From: Hyaloraphidium curvatum SAG 235-1
Lineage: Eukaryota; Fungi; Monoblepharomycota
Length of the DNA: 64,000 nucleotides
Assembly: GCA_025558095.1 (NCBI GenBank)
Contig: JAIVFI010000037.1
Coordinates: 62,001-126,000, forward strand
Direction: 5' to 3'
The notes beneath the pieces were generated by a model. It was not told the DNA's origin. It worked only from the letters and a program-made list of their open reading frames with translations, and searched no databases. Positions within the stretch are counted from its first letter, which is position 1; each line of letters starts with the position of its first letter. Both the position numbers and the translations under genes were made by a program. Shown one piece after another: positions 13,342 through 25,509 of this stretch.

Positions 13342-13422
13342 TCGGAATGCTTGGACTCGTGGTTCCGTTCGCGGAGGGACCGGGGCTGTGCACTTCAGAC
13401 CGCCACGCAAGCCACTTAGAAG

Positions 13423-13674
13423 ATGTCGTCCTCCGGCGCCGGAGGCTCTTCCGCGTCCTCCGACAAGGAGACCAAACCGCAGAAAGACGGCGGCAAGGAG
13501 CCCTACAACCCAAAGACGGACCCGTCGTCGCCGGAGTTTGATTTGGACGCTGTGCCTCCTCCGCCTCCCGGTGGCCTCCCCATCGACAAGCTGGTCGTGG
13601 AGCCCGCGTTGTTCACCGGCGGCATGCCCGGCATTATGAGCAAAGGCTCGAACGCCAAGAAGGACAAACATTGA
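13423..13674 (+). CDS. Small hypothetical protein (83 aa)
   Basis: ATG-initiated ORF with coding-like composition, located between two genes. Confidence 0.4.
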   Translation: MSSSGAGGSSASSDKETKPQKDGGKEPYNPKTDPSSPEFDLDAVPPPPPGGLPIDKLVVEPALFTGGMPGIMSKGSNAKKDKH

Positions 13675-14015
13675 GAGGGACACTTGCTCTCACGGACCCA
13701 GATAGCGCGCTGTCACGCGGAGCGCCGCAGAGACTTCTTCGGACACGGGCATGCTTGGCTGCCGATAGACATCTTCTCTTTGGTGTACTTTCTCTTGCAT
13801 CTCTAGATCAGACTTGCTCGCGGGAAGTGCTTCGCGGGACGCGCAGTGTAGGTGCGGTCCACAAGCACACAGTACAAGCCGGTCGCGACAGCGCGTCAAT
13901 GGCGGCCAGAGATGGTACAGCGGTCGACGGCCGGTGATAGCATCGTCTGAAGCATCGGCGTATGGTGGACGGCTCGGCCGTTGGAGACCGTGCCGAGGCC
14001 CTTCAGCCTCGGACA

Positions 14016-15166
14016 TGTGCGCGCTTGTTCCCCTGGGAAGAGTCGCTGCCCGGTCCCAACGACTACCGGCAGAGCCATTCCGCCCCTGGTTTCGATGGCG
14101 GCGAACACTTTCCGTCGTGACGAAGGAGCCTGCAGCTGTGCCGGAGGGTCCCAAGCGGCTCTTCGTGGACGGCATGAACTTGGCGTGTTCCTTCTTCCCC
14201 TCCTCACACCATTTCCACCTCCTGACCGCCTTCCGAAAGATCCGACGTTTTTCTCTGGCATGCGCCGCGTCGGGCTACGAACTGACCGTGTTCATCGATT
14301 CCGCACCCAAGGAGCGCGTTGCGGCTGGGAAGTTCGCCCGGAAGACGGCCAAGAGCATCCGAATCGGCGAGAAGAGGAACCCGATGGGGATGCCGTGCCT
14401 GTTGGGCGACATGTTCAGGGACTGCGGGGTCGAGGTTCGGTACGCGCTGGACGAGGAGGCGGACGGGACGCTGCTGGCCAGCGCCGTCGCCGAGGGCGCT
14501 GCCGTCCTGAGCGGGGACAGGGACTTCTACCGATTCGTGCTGGACGGTTCGCAGGTGCTACCCGTGGAAATCTTCCAGAACTATGTTTTCCTGGACGATG
14601 GGTTGGAGCTGGTGCCTTCGAGCCCACCGTCCAGGATGAAGACGCCCAGAACGCTCCGGATGCCTCCTGGTCGGACAGATCCCCTCTATTCCACCGGCTT
14701 CATTGAGTCACTTTTGAACACGAGGCGGTACATTCGCGGGGCGCCGACGCCGCTGCTGCGGCGAATCGGTCGGAATCCGCACTTGTCGGCCCTTCCATTG
14801 CGGCAGGCCGTTTACTCCCGGATCCTCGGTTCCGCAAGTGTGATCACGGAGGTCTTTCCCGAGTGGGATTCTTTGTCTGGCAAGGTCCAGTACCGGAGCC
14901 ACGACGTTGTGCCGGACCCGTCCCTCGACGCCCTCCTCGATCGGCCGAAAGAGGCCCTGGAGCACATCTTCCGGACGGAATCCCTGGCTTCGGAAAAGCC
15001 GGAAGATGTTTCCGAGCTGATGTGGGAGAATCACTTGTATTCCTTGCATGCTATCACGTTCGAACTGTGCAGCGTCGCGACGGGCAAGCCGATGTGGACC
15101 ATCTTCCAGGAGAACTGTGATCTGATGCGTTTCTACGGCGAGAACGGCTTCCTATCTCCGATGTAG
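14016..15166 (+). CDS. PIN-like/XPG-FEN1 superfamily nuclease domain protein (asteroid-like)
   Basis: LFVDGMNL, VFID, DEEADGTL and VLSGDRDF acidic catalytic motifs. Start uncertain. Confidence 0.75.
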
Positions 15167-15504
15167 CACTACTGCGCAATGACAGAGGTGTCCCCAGGCA
15201 ACTGACTCTGGTCAGAAAGGGACCGCTAGGAGGGCCGCCGCCGTCTCCCGACGACAAAAAAAGTCTCGAGACGGAAACCTCAAAAGGCTGCCGGCAGCCG
15301 CTCGTTAGCCCCTCGAGGCGCTTACGACTTGCCCTGCTTTCGGCGTCGCGGGCTCATCCGGTCGCTCTCGGCCTGCGCCACCGCGGGGCCGCCGCGGACG
15401 ACTTGGTCCCTCGCCCCGCGTCACCGCCCGCCGTTTTCTCGCCCCCTCGGACATCCTCTCCGCCTTGATTCCGCTCGACCTCGGCATTTCAAGTTTCGAA
15501 GACG

Positions 15505-17154
15505 ATGGCGTCCGTGGAAGCCGAGCTCGCGCAGCTCCGCGAGATGGTCCACGACCTCCAGCGGCGGCAGAGCCCCACCTACCAACCCGGCGACACGGGC
15601 TTCATCCTGATGAGCACGGCGCTCGTCATGCTCATGCTGCCCGGCCTGGGCTACTTCTATTCGGGCCTGGCGCGCGCCAAGAACGCCCTGTCGCTCATCT
15701 TCATCTGCTACCTCTCGATGGCGGTGACCGCGCTGCAGTGGTGGCTGTTTGGCTACTCGCTGGCCTTCTCGGCGTCGGGCAACCCCATCATCGGCAACTG
15801 CCAGTACTGCCTCCTCCGCGGAGTGTGGGGTGACATCCCCGCCGGCCTCATCTCGGTGAGGCGCACGGCGTCGCGCGAACTCCGGTCGGCCGTGCTGATC
15901 CCGGAGCACACCCGCAGGCCAACACCTTCCAGATCTTCCAGCTCATGTTTGCCAGCCTGACGGTCGCCCTCATCTTCGGGTCGGGAGCCGAACGGATCAG
16001 AGTCGTCCCCTCGGCCATCCTCATCTTCGTCTGGGTCACGGCAGTCTACTGCTTCATCGCCTTCTGGACCTGGAACCCCGACGGGTGGATGAAGAAGCTC
16101 GGCGTGTACGACTTTGCCGGCGGCAACGTGGTCGAGATCGCTTCCGGCTTCTCGGCGCTGGCCTACGCGTTTGTCGTCGGCAAGCGCCACGGCGAGTCAC
16201 ACGAGTTCAAGCCGCATTCGGTCTCCAACGTCGCCCTGGGCACCGCCATGCTCTGGTTCGGATGGTTCGGGTTCAACGGCGGCTCCGCCCTCGGCGCCAA
16301 CGACCGCGCCACCATCTCGATCGCCAACACCCACTTCGCAGCCTGCGCCGGTGGCCTCGTTTGGTGGGCAGGATCGGACGCGGGCTTGCCCCCCGTGATC
16401 TCACTGACGAGTTCGCTTTCCAGGGCCGTCCTCGACTACCGCAAGAACCGCAAGTGGTCCATGATCGGGTTCTGCTCCGGCGCCGTCTCGGGCCTGGTTG
16501 CCATCACCCCCGCCTGCGGCTTTGTGGGCATGCCGGCCGCCTTTGCCGTCGGCGCGCTGGCCGGTCTGGGATGCCACTTCTCCTGCGACCTGAAGCACTA
16601 CCTCGGATACGACGACGCTCTCGACGTCTTTGGCGTCCACGGCGTCGGCGGCCTGATCGGCACCTTCCTCACCGGCGTTTTTGCCGAACAGTCCGTCGCC
16701 GCGCTCGACGGCGCCGTCATCGCAGGCGGCTGGGTAAACCTGCACTGGTGCGTGGCGCTCGGTGGCCTGTCTGGATCGCCTGCCTCATGCGCCACACGAC
16801 CACAGGATCCAAGTCCCCATCCAGCTCGCCGGCATGGCCGCCACCGCCGCCTGGTCGTTCGTCATCACCTTCGGCCTCTGCTGGGTGATGAACAAGATCC
16901 CCGGCCTGCACCTCCGCCTGGACCGGGAGCACGAGGAGCTCGGCATCGACCAGACCGAGATGGGCGAGGTTGCTTTCGATTACATGGAGTCTCTGAGCAA
17001 CACGCAGGAGTTTGGGTGGAGCCCGGCGCCCAAGACGGCAAAGAACCTCAAGGTGCCGAGCGAGGTGGTGGTGCAGGGGATCGAGCTGGCGGGGAGCGAG
17101 TCGGCGGCGAACGACGCGGCGTCGGGGAGCAGCTCGACGAGGCCGGCGATCTGA
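15505..17154 (+). CDS. amt: Ammonium transporter (Amt/MEP)
   Basis: LVMLMLPGLGYFYSG, DFAGG, LWFGWFGFNGGS, GLVAITP, DDALDVFGVHGVGG and LRLDREHEELGID. Three introns. Confidence 0.97.
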
Positions 17155-17831
17155 TCGGGACGGGGGAGCTCTGGGAAGGGAGTGGGGACGGGGAAAACAC
17201 TTTATTGCACGGACACAGCCTGAAAAACGATGATGTATCGATTGTACAGAATCCGGGGAAGCCGATCCACCGCCCGAACCTTTGCTGTCCTCGTCCTCGG
17301 CCTCGTCGTGCATCGGCCTTTTTCGGAGCGGAACAAATCAGGCCGTTCGATGAAGACCAGCAACACAGCGTGCTCTCTCCGCGATTCGGAGACCAGCAAA
17401 TCAACCGTCCCAACGTTTTCCAGAAGATCTGGAGACCAGCAATCAACCGCCACGCTTTTCCAGAATGTGAGGGAGCGGGAGTGGAGCGGCTGCACGAGGC
17501 TCACTCGGCAGCTCCGGATTTACCCACCACTCCCGCGCCGGCTCGAAAGAGGGTCCCTTGCTCGCTCGCCGCGCATCCGGTTGCAACGGTAACCACACGG
17601 CCATTGAGCTGAATGGTTCCCGGCTGACTGGGCAGGATGCCCGACGCTACCGAGGTGAATTGAGTGAGGGGTGTAGGAAAGCCGCGTGAGTGACGTCTTG
17701 CAGGCTGTGCGGGACCGGCAAGCGGCGCGGGAGCGGTACAGCACCCAGCAACCGCTCCATTGCGGAAGAATATAAGAACACCGCGGCAGTCCGCGATCAG
17801 TTCAAGCTCGCAGTCGCGACTGTCGATCGAA

Positions 17832-18950
17832 ATGTCCTCCGCGTCGAGTTCGTGCAGCGCGCCGCCCTCCTCCCCCCCTCCGCCCGCCGTGGGTCCCTGG
17901 CAGCTCGAGGGCCGCCTCGGCTCCGGCAGCTTCGGCCAGGTGTTTTCTGCGCGCCATGCCGCCACCGGCGAGCGCGTCGCGGTCAAGCGCTGCTGCAGAT
18001 TCGCGCCCGAGACGGCCGCGGAGGTCAACGCGCTCCGTGCCCTGAAGGGACACCCCAGCGTGGTCCGGCTGCTGGACGTCGTTCACGTGCGCGAGTCGAC
18101 GTACATCGTCGAGGAGCTCGTCGACGGCCCCGACCTGTTCGACTTTGTTCAGCTGCACGGCGGCGCGGTGCCCGCGGCGGTCGCAAAGGACGTCGCGCGG
18201 CAGCTGCTGGACGCCCTCCGCTTCGTGCACTCGCGCGGCTTCCTGCACCGCGACGTCAAGCTCGAGAACGTCGTCGTCGCCAAGGACGGCCGCGTCAAGC
18301 TCGTGGACTTTGGCCTCGCCGCCCCGTTCGACCGCTCGTCGCGCTTCACCGGCGCCGCGGGCTCGGTGCGCTACGCCGCCCCGACCGTGCTCGAGAGCGC
18401 CGTGCGCGGCGTGCCTTACGGCGCCGACGGCGGATTCGTGGACACCTACTCGACCGGCGTCGTCGTCTTTGGCCTCCTCTGCGGCGTCTGGCCGTTCCTG
18501 TCGTCAACCGTCGAGGGCCTCTGGGACGAGGTCCTGGCCAGCTACTCCCCCACCGGCGAGTTCTCCCTCCCCTTCCCCTCGGGCTGCGCGGTCGACCCCC
18601 TGGCCAAGCACTTCGTCCGCCACCTGATGGACTGCCGCGTGCGGAGCACGGCCGAGGCCGCGCTGCAGCACCCCTGGCTGGCCGATGAGACGGCCTGCGA
18701 TCCCGCGCCGGCAGAGGCGCAGGGCGCGGTGCTCAAGAAGGACGCGTCGGCGGGGGTCGAGGGGCTGCCGAAGCTGAGCTCGCGGCGGAAGGACAAGAGC
18801 CCCGTGGCGTGGTTGAGAAGGGCTTTTGGGAGGGGCAAGCCCCCGGCCGAGGAGGAGGATGCGAGGCCGGACCTGAGCCTGACGCTAGCCGTGCCGCCGG
18901 TGCCGCCGCCGAAGCCGGCGAGGATGAAGGGTGTGGCCGTCGGCGGTTGA
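17832..18950 (+). CDS. Ser/Thr protein kinase (CAMK/AMPK-like, divergent)
   Basis: GSGSFG, VAVK, HRDVKLEN, DFG, GSVRYAAPT and HPWL motifs. Confidence 0.92.
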   Translation: MSSASSSCSAPPSSPPPPAVGPWQLEGRLGSGSFGQVFSARHAATGERVAVKRCCRFAPETAAEVNALRALKGHPSVVRLLDVVHVRESTYIVEELVDGPDLFDFVQLHGGAVPAAVAKDVARQLLDALRFVHSRGFLHRDVKLENVVVAKDGRVKLVDFGLAAPFDRSSRFTGAAGSVRYAAPTVLESAVRGVPYGADGGFVDTYSTGVVVFGLLCGVWPFLSSTVEGLWDEVLASYSPTGEFSLPFPSGCAVDPLAKHFVRHLMDCRVRSTAEAALQHPWLADETACDPAPAEAQGAVLKKDASAGVEGLPKLSSRRKDKSPVAWLRRAFGRGKPPAEEEDARPDLSLTLAVPPVPPPKPARMKGVAVGG

Positions 18951-19104
18951 TCGGAGTGAATTTGGGGGTGAAGAAGCTGAAAAAGCGCAGCAGCGCAAAC
19001 ATTGATAATGTACATTTGATGGATTCCATTCAATTGAATTTGGATGATGCAGCTACGTTCTTCGGAAACGGACGTCGCGCATAGCGAGCAACTACCTTAA
19101 ATCA

Positions 19105-19500
19105 ATGTCGCGGTTCCGCAAGCTCACTCCGCGAATTGCTGTCACGGATCTCGAACGCGCTCTAGGATTCTACTGCCAGGTCCTAGACTTCCGGGCGGTC
19201 ACCCTCTGGCCCAAGGAGTCCCCAATGTTCGCCATCATCGAGCGCGACGGGGTCAGCATTGGGCTCTATGTCCCCGACAGCGGCCACGGCCGGCCCGGCG
19301 TGCCGGGCGCGACGGAGCTGCATTTTGACGTCGAGAACGCAACGGAACTGCACGATGCGCTGGTCGGACGCGTCGCCGTCGAATGGGGGCCGGAGGTTTA
19401 CTTCTACCATCGACGGGAGTTCGCCTGTCGCGATCCTGACGGCCACCTCGTCATCTTCAGCGAGGAGACCGACGACCCAGTGACAAGCCCCGAGCACTGA
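19105..19500 (+). CDS. VOC/glyoxalase-bleomycin resistance family protein
   Basis: LTPRIAVTDLERALGFY..VLDF and YYHRREFACRDPDGHLVIF-type motifs. 131 aa, intronless. Confidence 0.88.
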   Translation: MSRFRKLTPRIAVTDLERALGFYCQVLDFRAVTLWPKESPMFAIIERDGVSIGLYVPDSGHGRPGVPGATELHFDVENATELHDALVGRVAVEWGPEVYFYHRREFACRDPDGHLVIFSEETDDPVTSPEH

Positions 19501-19560
19501 CCCAATGCTAACTCAATGCAAGGCATGGGAACTCGATTCGCTGCCCGGCCTCGCCCGGGC

Positions 19561-20454
19561 ATGTCGGAAGCAGCCTTGCCCTCGCCATGTCTGTGCGCAG
19601 TTGATGACGAGGCCGAGCGGGCGGTGGCAGTACCGGCATGAACAGATGTTAGATGTGGGATTCGATTAGTAGATTGGACGACGGCCAGCAGGTATCCCGG
19701 CCTCGATCGCCTTGAGGGCAACTGGTCGCATGGCACCACGCTTGCCGACGTGATCGCGCGCTGCCTTTCCACCCTGGCTCAGGCGGCACCTGCCGAGACG
19801 TGGGACGCGCAGCACGGCACGGACGCCACGGCGTTCGAGCGCGTCGCGGGGATGCTGTTCTCGCGTCGGTGCAACAGCCAAGGCCACGCCCGCGGAAAGA
19901 CCATCATCGAAGTGCTGGGGCTCGACTCGCTGCGCGAGCCCCCGATCACGGAGCTCTACTCGGTGGGTTGACCTGCAGCTAGTGGTGGCCGCTCTCTGTC
20001 CCCCGTGGGAACGTCTGATCGGCCTTGGCAAGGTTTTTCCCACCAGGTCGTGCAGCGCCAGCAGCTCCAATCTCTCCGCTCCATAGCCGACGCCGCAGGC
20101 GAGCCCGACAAGATCGCTGGGGTGCGGCCGCATGCCACGCGGTACCGGATGGAAGCCGCGGGGGACCAGTTCGGCATGTCGGACCTGATGGATTCCGTAG
20201 AAGACATCAAGGCCCGGCTCTGCACCTCTTGCTCGAAGCCCGATGCCGGGCTGAGGTGCTCGCGTTGCAGGAAGACGAGGTACTGCGATGCGGAGTGGTG
20301 GGTGCTCCCGTTTTGATGTTCCGAATAACGAAACGCGCTGACGGTTCAAATTGCCGTTGCCAGCCAGCGAAAGCACTGGCCCGAGCACAAGAAGCACTGC
20401 GTGAGGGTGGTCGACAGGTCGAAGAAGGTGTTCACGGCGCAGGCGAACAAGTGA
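19561..20454 (+). CDS. MYND zinc-finger protein
   Basis: Spliced C-terminal CTSC...CSRCRKTRYC...C..HWPEHKKHC. 5' exon structure is tentative. Confidence 0.75.
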
Positions 20455-20534
20455 GGAAGCAGGTGGAAAAGTATGTACGATTCGACGAGCGGTATTGACG
20501 ACTCCAAGAGTGTGCCGCTGCAGGGGCTGCTCAT

Positions 20535-20699
20535 CTAGCGTGCGGCCTCTTTGATTCGCAGCAGCTCACGCGCTACCTCGGCCATCGTCGGCCGGTCGCC
20601 CATGTCGTCCATCCAGCACGACTCCACCAGCGACCAAAGGGCATCAGGCACGCCAGAAGGCCTCGGCGGGCGCTTGCCACTGAAGATGGCGTTGCTGAG
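20535..20699 (-). pseudogene. Orphan terminal exon of a TKL-type kinase
   Basis: LSNAIFSGKRPPRPSGVPDALWSLVESCWMDDMGDRPTMAEV (subdomains X-XI) follows a pyrimidine-rich ...TTAG acceptor. No upstream kinase exons are present. Confidence 0.65.
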
Positions 20700-21847
20700 C
20701 TAAGCGGAGACGACGGGCAGTTGGAATGTTGGGTCCGGCGGGGGAAACAGGATGGTTTTCTCCTCCTTGATTCTCGCAGCGCGCTTTCCTTTTCCTTCTC
20801 GGCAAGCAGCCTGGAACAGCTTCTGCTCCTCCTTTGCCGCCACGTAGATGGGCAGCTTGTCGAGGCTCTCCCTGGCCGTGGATCCGGAGGTCGGTTCCTC
20901 GCCAGACGGCGCAGGAGGCTCCCGTGGCGGTCTTGGGACGGCCTGCAATCGAGCTTGATGCTGCTCAAGGATCTGCATGGCCGCTTTGATCGTTGCAGGA
21001 GCAAGATTGTCCGCGTCGGCCGGCGCGGGAGCCTCTCTCGGCAGGTCAACCAAGATGTCGTCGTTCTCCTCAGGATCAAGCAGGGTGGAGAACTGCGCAA
21101 GAATCTCTCCCTCCCCGTTCAGAATGGCTTGATCGAGGTCGTCGTCGAATGGGTACTCCTCAGTTTCGTCCCTCCCGGTCGGGGCGCTGCTGGCGGCCGC
21201 GCTTCTTCACCAACTCCGAGTTCTCCTCCGGTTCCAGGAGCTGGAGCAGATAGTCCGTGGACCTCAGATGTCGCCTGCGCAACAGGCGGCGGCCTGACCG
21301 CTTCTTCAGTCTTCCCGCCAACACCGAGTTGTCCGCCCGCGGCAGGTGCCTCCGCCGTGAGCAAATCGTCCGCGGCGGCCGTCCGCGGACCGACTGGCGC
21401 CGCTGGTTCTTCACGGTGTCCAAGCCCCCCTCCAGCGCCGGATGCCAGCCCCGAAAGCGCGCCGTTCTCGGGCGTTGCCAGCATCCCAAGCGCCGGCGCC
21501 GACTCCACACGAAGTTCGGGTTCCCCGCCGCCGACGGGAGCCGGCGCGGATAGCGCCGCATCTTCCAATGTTGGCTGCGGCTCGTCCTCCTCGGATTCGG
21601 GCTCCTGGTTGCGCGACAGCAACCCGTCCGTCCTCTGCTGCGTCGGATCCCTCTTCGAGCGGCGGTTGCCGCCTCGCGGTGGGCCGTGCCATTTCCCCTC
21701 GGCCTCCAACTGGCGCTGTCGCTCAGTTTTCTTCGGTGCCCCCCTGGTCTTCTTAGGGGATCCCCAGGACGTCGTCCGCGGCGGCGGGGCCGGGTCCGGC
21801 GGCGGCGACGGCTCTCTCTTCTTCCGACCACTCCCTGTCCCGCCCAT
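20700..21847 (-). pseudogene. Frameshifted low-complexity ORF of unknown origin
   Basis: ORF 21119-21847 continues in another frame near 21170-21200 (DETEEYPFDDDLDQAIL...) into ORF 20700-21053. Confidence 0.35.
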
Positions 21848-21937
21848 CCTCGCCAGATAGATCTTCCGGCGAGGCTGACCGAGTTGGAAGCTTCTCCGGC
21901 GTCGCTATGTGGAGGTGGACGAGGAATTCGAAGAGAG

Positions 21938-22004
21938 GTTATCAATATAGCTTTCGGAGTTATCACAATAGCTTTCGGGCCGGGTTATCCCTATAGCTTT
22001 GCGG
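21938..22004. repeat. Three copies of GTTATC-N3-ATAGCTTT followed by CGG/GCGG
   Basis: Copies start at 21938, 21959 and 21984 in an AT-rich patch upstream of the amidohydrolase. Confidence 0.75.
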
Positions 22005-22068
22005 TGCTGGCATAGCATATAGACCCGATTTCGCTGCTCGGTCCCAAAGTGTCCCCACCAACTCGAGA

Positions 22069-23091
22069 ATGGAGGGCCGAATCGACACGCACATCCACGT
22101 GATCCCGCCATCATACCGCGCGGCGCTCGATGTCGCGGGCGGGGACCCTTCGGGCTGGCCGACGCCGGAATGGACGCCCGAGAGCTGCCTCTCGTTCATG
22201 GACAGCGTCGGCATCCATTTCGCCGTGCTTTCGGTCACGTCACCCGGTCCTGCGATTCTGGGACCGACGGCCCTAGGGAGGAAGGTCGCCCGGGCTGCGA
22301 ACGAGGAGGTCGCCGGCTACGTGACGGGTCCCGGCAAAGGGCGCTTCGGGTTCTTTGCCTCCCTTCCCGATTGGAACGACGTCGAGGGCACGCTGGAGGA
22401 GATTGAATTCGTCTACACGCAGCAGAAGGTGGCCAACGGGCTCGTGATCATGACGTCCTACGGGGAACCTTTGCCCGGTGACCCGTCGTTCGCAGCTATC
22501 TGGGAGGCACTGGAGCGGAACAAAGCCCTCGTGTTTGTTCACCCGGGTACGACGGCGCCCTTGCTTCCTCCCGTCGCTGGATTCCTGCCCCGGCCGGTCC
22601 TGGATTACCCATTGGCGACGACCCGCTGCGCCGTCGACCTCATCCTGACGGGCACCATGTCCCGCTGCCCCTCGATCGACGTCATCCTCTCCCACGCCGG
22701 GGGCACCCTGCCCTTCATCGGGCCCCGCGCCCTGGGCGCCCCCGCGAGCCCGCTCATGGCGGACAAGTGCGGCGTCGACGCCGCCGGCGCCATCCGCGAC
22801 GCAAAGCGGCTCTACTACGACATTGCCCTCTCGACCAGCGTGCCGCAGCTCATGGCGCTGCTGACGAACCCGACCGTGGACCACGGCAGGATCCTGTTCG
22901 GCTCGGACTTTCCCTACGCCCCGACGCCCGTGATCAGGCAGGTCCTGCAGCAGTACAAGTCATTTGTCGGCGAGCAGGCGCTCGGCAAGGCGGTGGAACC
23001 GGCGAGGCTGGATGCAAACGGGTTGGCCCTGCTGGCCAGGCACAGACTGGAGCGGAGTGTGGTACCGAGCGTGGGAAAGGCGAAGCATTGA
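22069..23091 (+). CDS. Amidohydrolase-2 family decarboxylase/hydrolase (ACMSD/6-methylsalicylate decarboxylase-like)
   Basis: IDTHIH, VFVHP, ILSHAGGTLP and ILFGSDFPY motifs. Intronless. Confidence 0.92.
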   Translation: MEGRIDTHIHVIPPSYRAALDVAGGDPSGWPTPEWTPESCLSFMDSVGIHFAVLSVTSPGPAILGPTALGRKVARAANEEVAGYVTGPGKGRFGFFASLPDWNDVEGTLEEIEFVYTQQKVANGLVIMTSYGEPLPGDPSFAAIWEALERNKALVFVHPGTTAPLLPPVAGFLPRPVLDYPLATTRCAVDLILTGTMSRCPSIDVILSHAGGTLPFIGPRALGAPASPLMADKCGVDAAGAIRDAKRLYYDIALSTSVPQLMALLTNPTVDHGRILFGSDFPYAPTPVIRQVLQQYKSFVGEQALGKAVEPARLDANGLALLARHRLERSVVPSVGKAKH

Positions 23092-23332
23092 GTTGCTCCC
23101 ATTTTCATCACTAGGTTATGTATTCAGAGAGGTCCTCGCATCCCATGTAGGGGAAGCTAATTGGCCTCCGTTCCAAAAGAATGTCGTCTGTCTTCGGGGC
23201 CTGCGGCGTGCGGCAGGGGCAATTTGCTGCGGCAGTCGAGTTCTGGAGGTTTTCGCGACCACATGTCCCAAAAGCGGGTGCCGCCGTCCTTCGTGTGGCG
23301 GAGTGCAAAAGTCCCCCGACCCCACCCGCACC

Positions 23333-24431
23333 ATGCGACGGCGCATCGCCCTCGCGGCCCTCGCGGCCGCGTGCATCGCGGCGGCCTCTTTCGGCCCCGC
23401 GCCCGCGGCGGCGCAGGGCGTCAAGGCGCTCGGGCGGTTCCCGCCGTCGGCCGGCGGCGGCCTCGCGCCCAACGCGCCCGCCGCGACGACCAAGAAGACG
23501 ACGCCGACGCGGCCGCTCGTCAAGGTGTCGGCGGAGCGCACCAACATGCCCTGCCGGAGCGGCACCTGGCCCATGTCGGCGCCGTACTTGGCTGTTTACG
23601 AGGACGAATACGACCCCGCAAAGACGGCCATGCTGGCCACGGTCAACCAGTTCGGCGCCAACGTGCGGCACGCACCCGGCGGCGCCGCGACCATGCACCT
23701 GCTCCGCAACGCCCCCGGCAAGGCCCCGCGTATCTTCCCGGGGCTCAAGACCAAGACGGGCGGCCCTGTATACATCGGCGGCGGCGCCGTGATCACCTCC
23801 TCCATGCTGCTGAGCCACGGCCGCGTGGGGACGTGGATCCGCGCCGGGCCCCGCGCGGGACCGGGGGTCATCTTTGCCTGGATCACGATGGCGGACAATG
23901 CCGTCTACGGGACGGGCGACGAGATCGACTTCGAGTCGGTGTTTGCCGGCAGTGCTTGCCTTCGTCGCCTGCTGACCCCGTTTCCGTTCCCGCAGATGGG
24001 TCATCGGCTCCGAGGGCCCCAACAAGGTCGAGTACGCCTACTACCTCGGCGGCATCCCGACGGACGCGCCCAACTTCTACAACTACGGCGGCGTCATCTC
24101 CAACCCCACCAAGAAGGACTTCCAGCGCAACTTCCACTACTACGAGATCGAGTGGACTGCGTCCTTCATCAGCTGGTACATCGACAAGATCAAGGTCAAG
24201 ACCGTGCGCAAGGCCGACCTCAAGTACGAGACGCTCAGGAACGGCACGCGGTATAAGCAGTTCCCGGTCAAGTTCCCCAACGTGCAGTGGGGCATCTGGG
24301 ACGCCGGGTCGAGCCCGCTCGAGGGGACGCGGACGTGGGGCGGCGGGCTGACCAACTGGGCCAGGCCGTACAACGACGCGGACGGGTACTCGATGACCAT
24401 CCTGAACTTTACCGTGACGTGCTACACGTAG
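23333..24431 (+). CDS. Secreted GH16 glycoside hydrolase/transglycosylase (Crh-like)
   Basis: Signal peptide, GVIFAWIT, catalytic DEIDFE-W split by one intron, FHYYEIEWT..ISWYID and WGIWDAG. Confidence 0.9.
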
Positions 24432-25509
24432 TGGGGCTGGGGGCGAAGGTCGGACGGCTATTTTTGTCCACGCTGTTGTAGGGCAAGTCATCTCTGTCTC
24501 TGGAAACAACCTAATACACTCCACGCAACACCACGGTGCGGATGGCGGAATGGAAGGACGGGGCGTGGAACGTGGCCGAGGCGGCGGTTACCCGCGGGGG
24601 CAACGGGGCGAGGGATGGCTGGGACGCGGGGGGAGTTGTTGGCTCGGACCGGGAGGGACAGGAGCGAGCGGTGCCGCGGCACGGCACGGAGGCTGTTCGC
24701 TGTCTGAATGCAATGTTTGTACTGCCGGCCGGTCCGACACGGAAAGCGTGGCGGTCGGGAAGACGAACGTCAACTGCTGGCGACTTGCCGCATCACCGGG
24801 CTTCTACAGGCCCCGATCCGCCCCAGGGCACCGCCGATCAACGCCGCGCGCGCAAACTCCTTCCCGACCGCCGGCACCGCCCGCCATGGCGGTGTTCCGC
24901 GCCGGCCATCGGCTCATTCCTTGCCCGCTCTTCCGGCCCGTCGGTCCGACAGGTCCCTTCCGACCGCCCGCCGAAACCTTGGGGAAGGGACCTGCTCGCC
25001 CGGCACCGCCAGCAGGACGCAGATTGCTGCTGACAGGGATCGCGTCAGCGCGCAATGGCACCCGGGCTGTGTCGGCAACCGGGGTGATCGGAAGCGCGCG
25101 GCGGGGCTGCAGGGCAGGGGGAAGGGTACTGGGGATTGAATGAATCCGTTTGCGGTGCCGATTTGTGCTCCGGAGGGCCGGAGGGCGCGGGAGAGGCGGT
25201 TGCTCGCACGGGCTGGTGGAGTGACGTGGGGCGGCGGGTCCTCGGGCCGCCGTGCCAATTTGCCGGTTACTCACCGGCGCCGTCCGCGCCGACCCCGGCC
25301 GCCCGGAACGCGCTGCGCGAGAACGGGGCAAGTTATCGCGCGCGTCTTTTGTGTCGTCGGCCGCGTTGTGGGCGTTCCGCCGGGGATGCCTGGGGTCGGG
25401 ACCGAGTGACGTTTGCAGCACCGCCAGCTGTGGCCCGCCATCCCGACCGGGCAGGCGGGCAATGACGAAAACCGGGTCATTAATTCGATTACCAGCGCGG
25501 GGTGACGGG

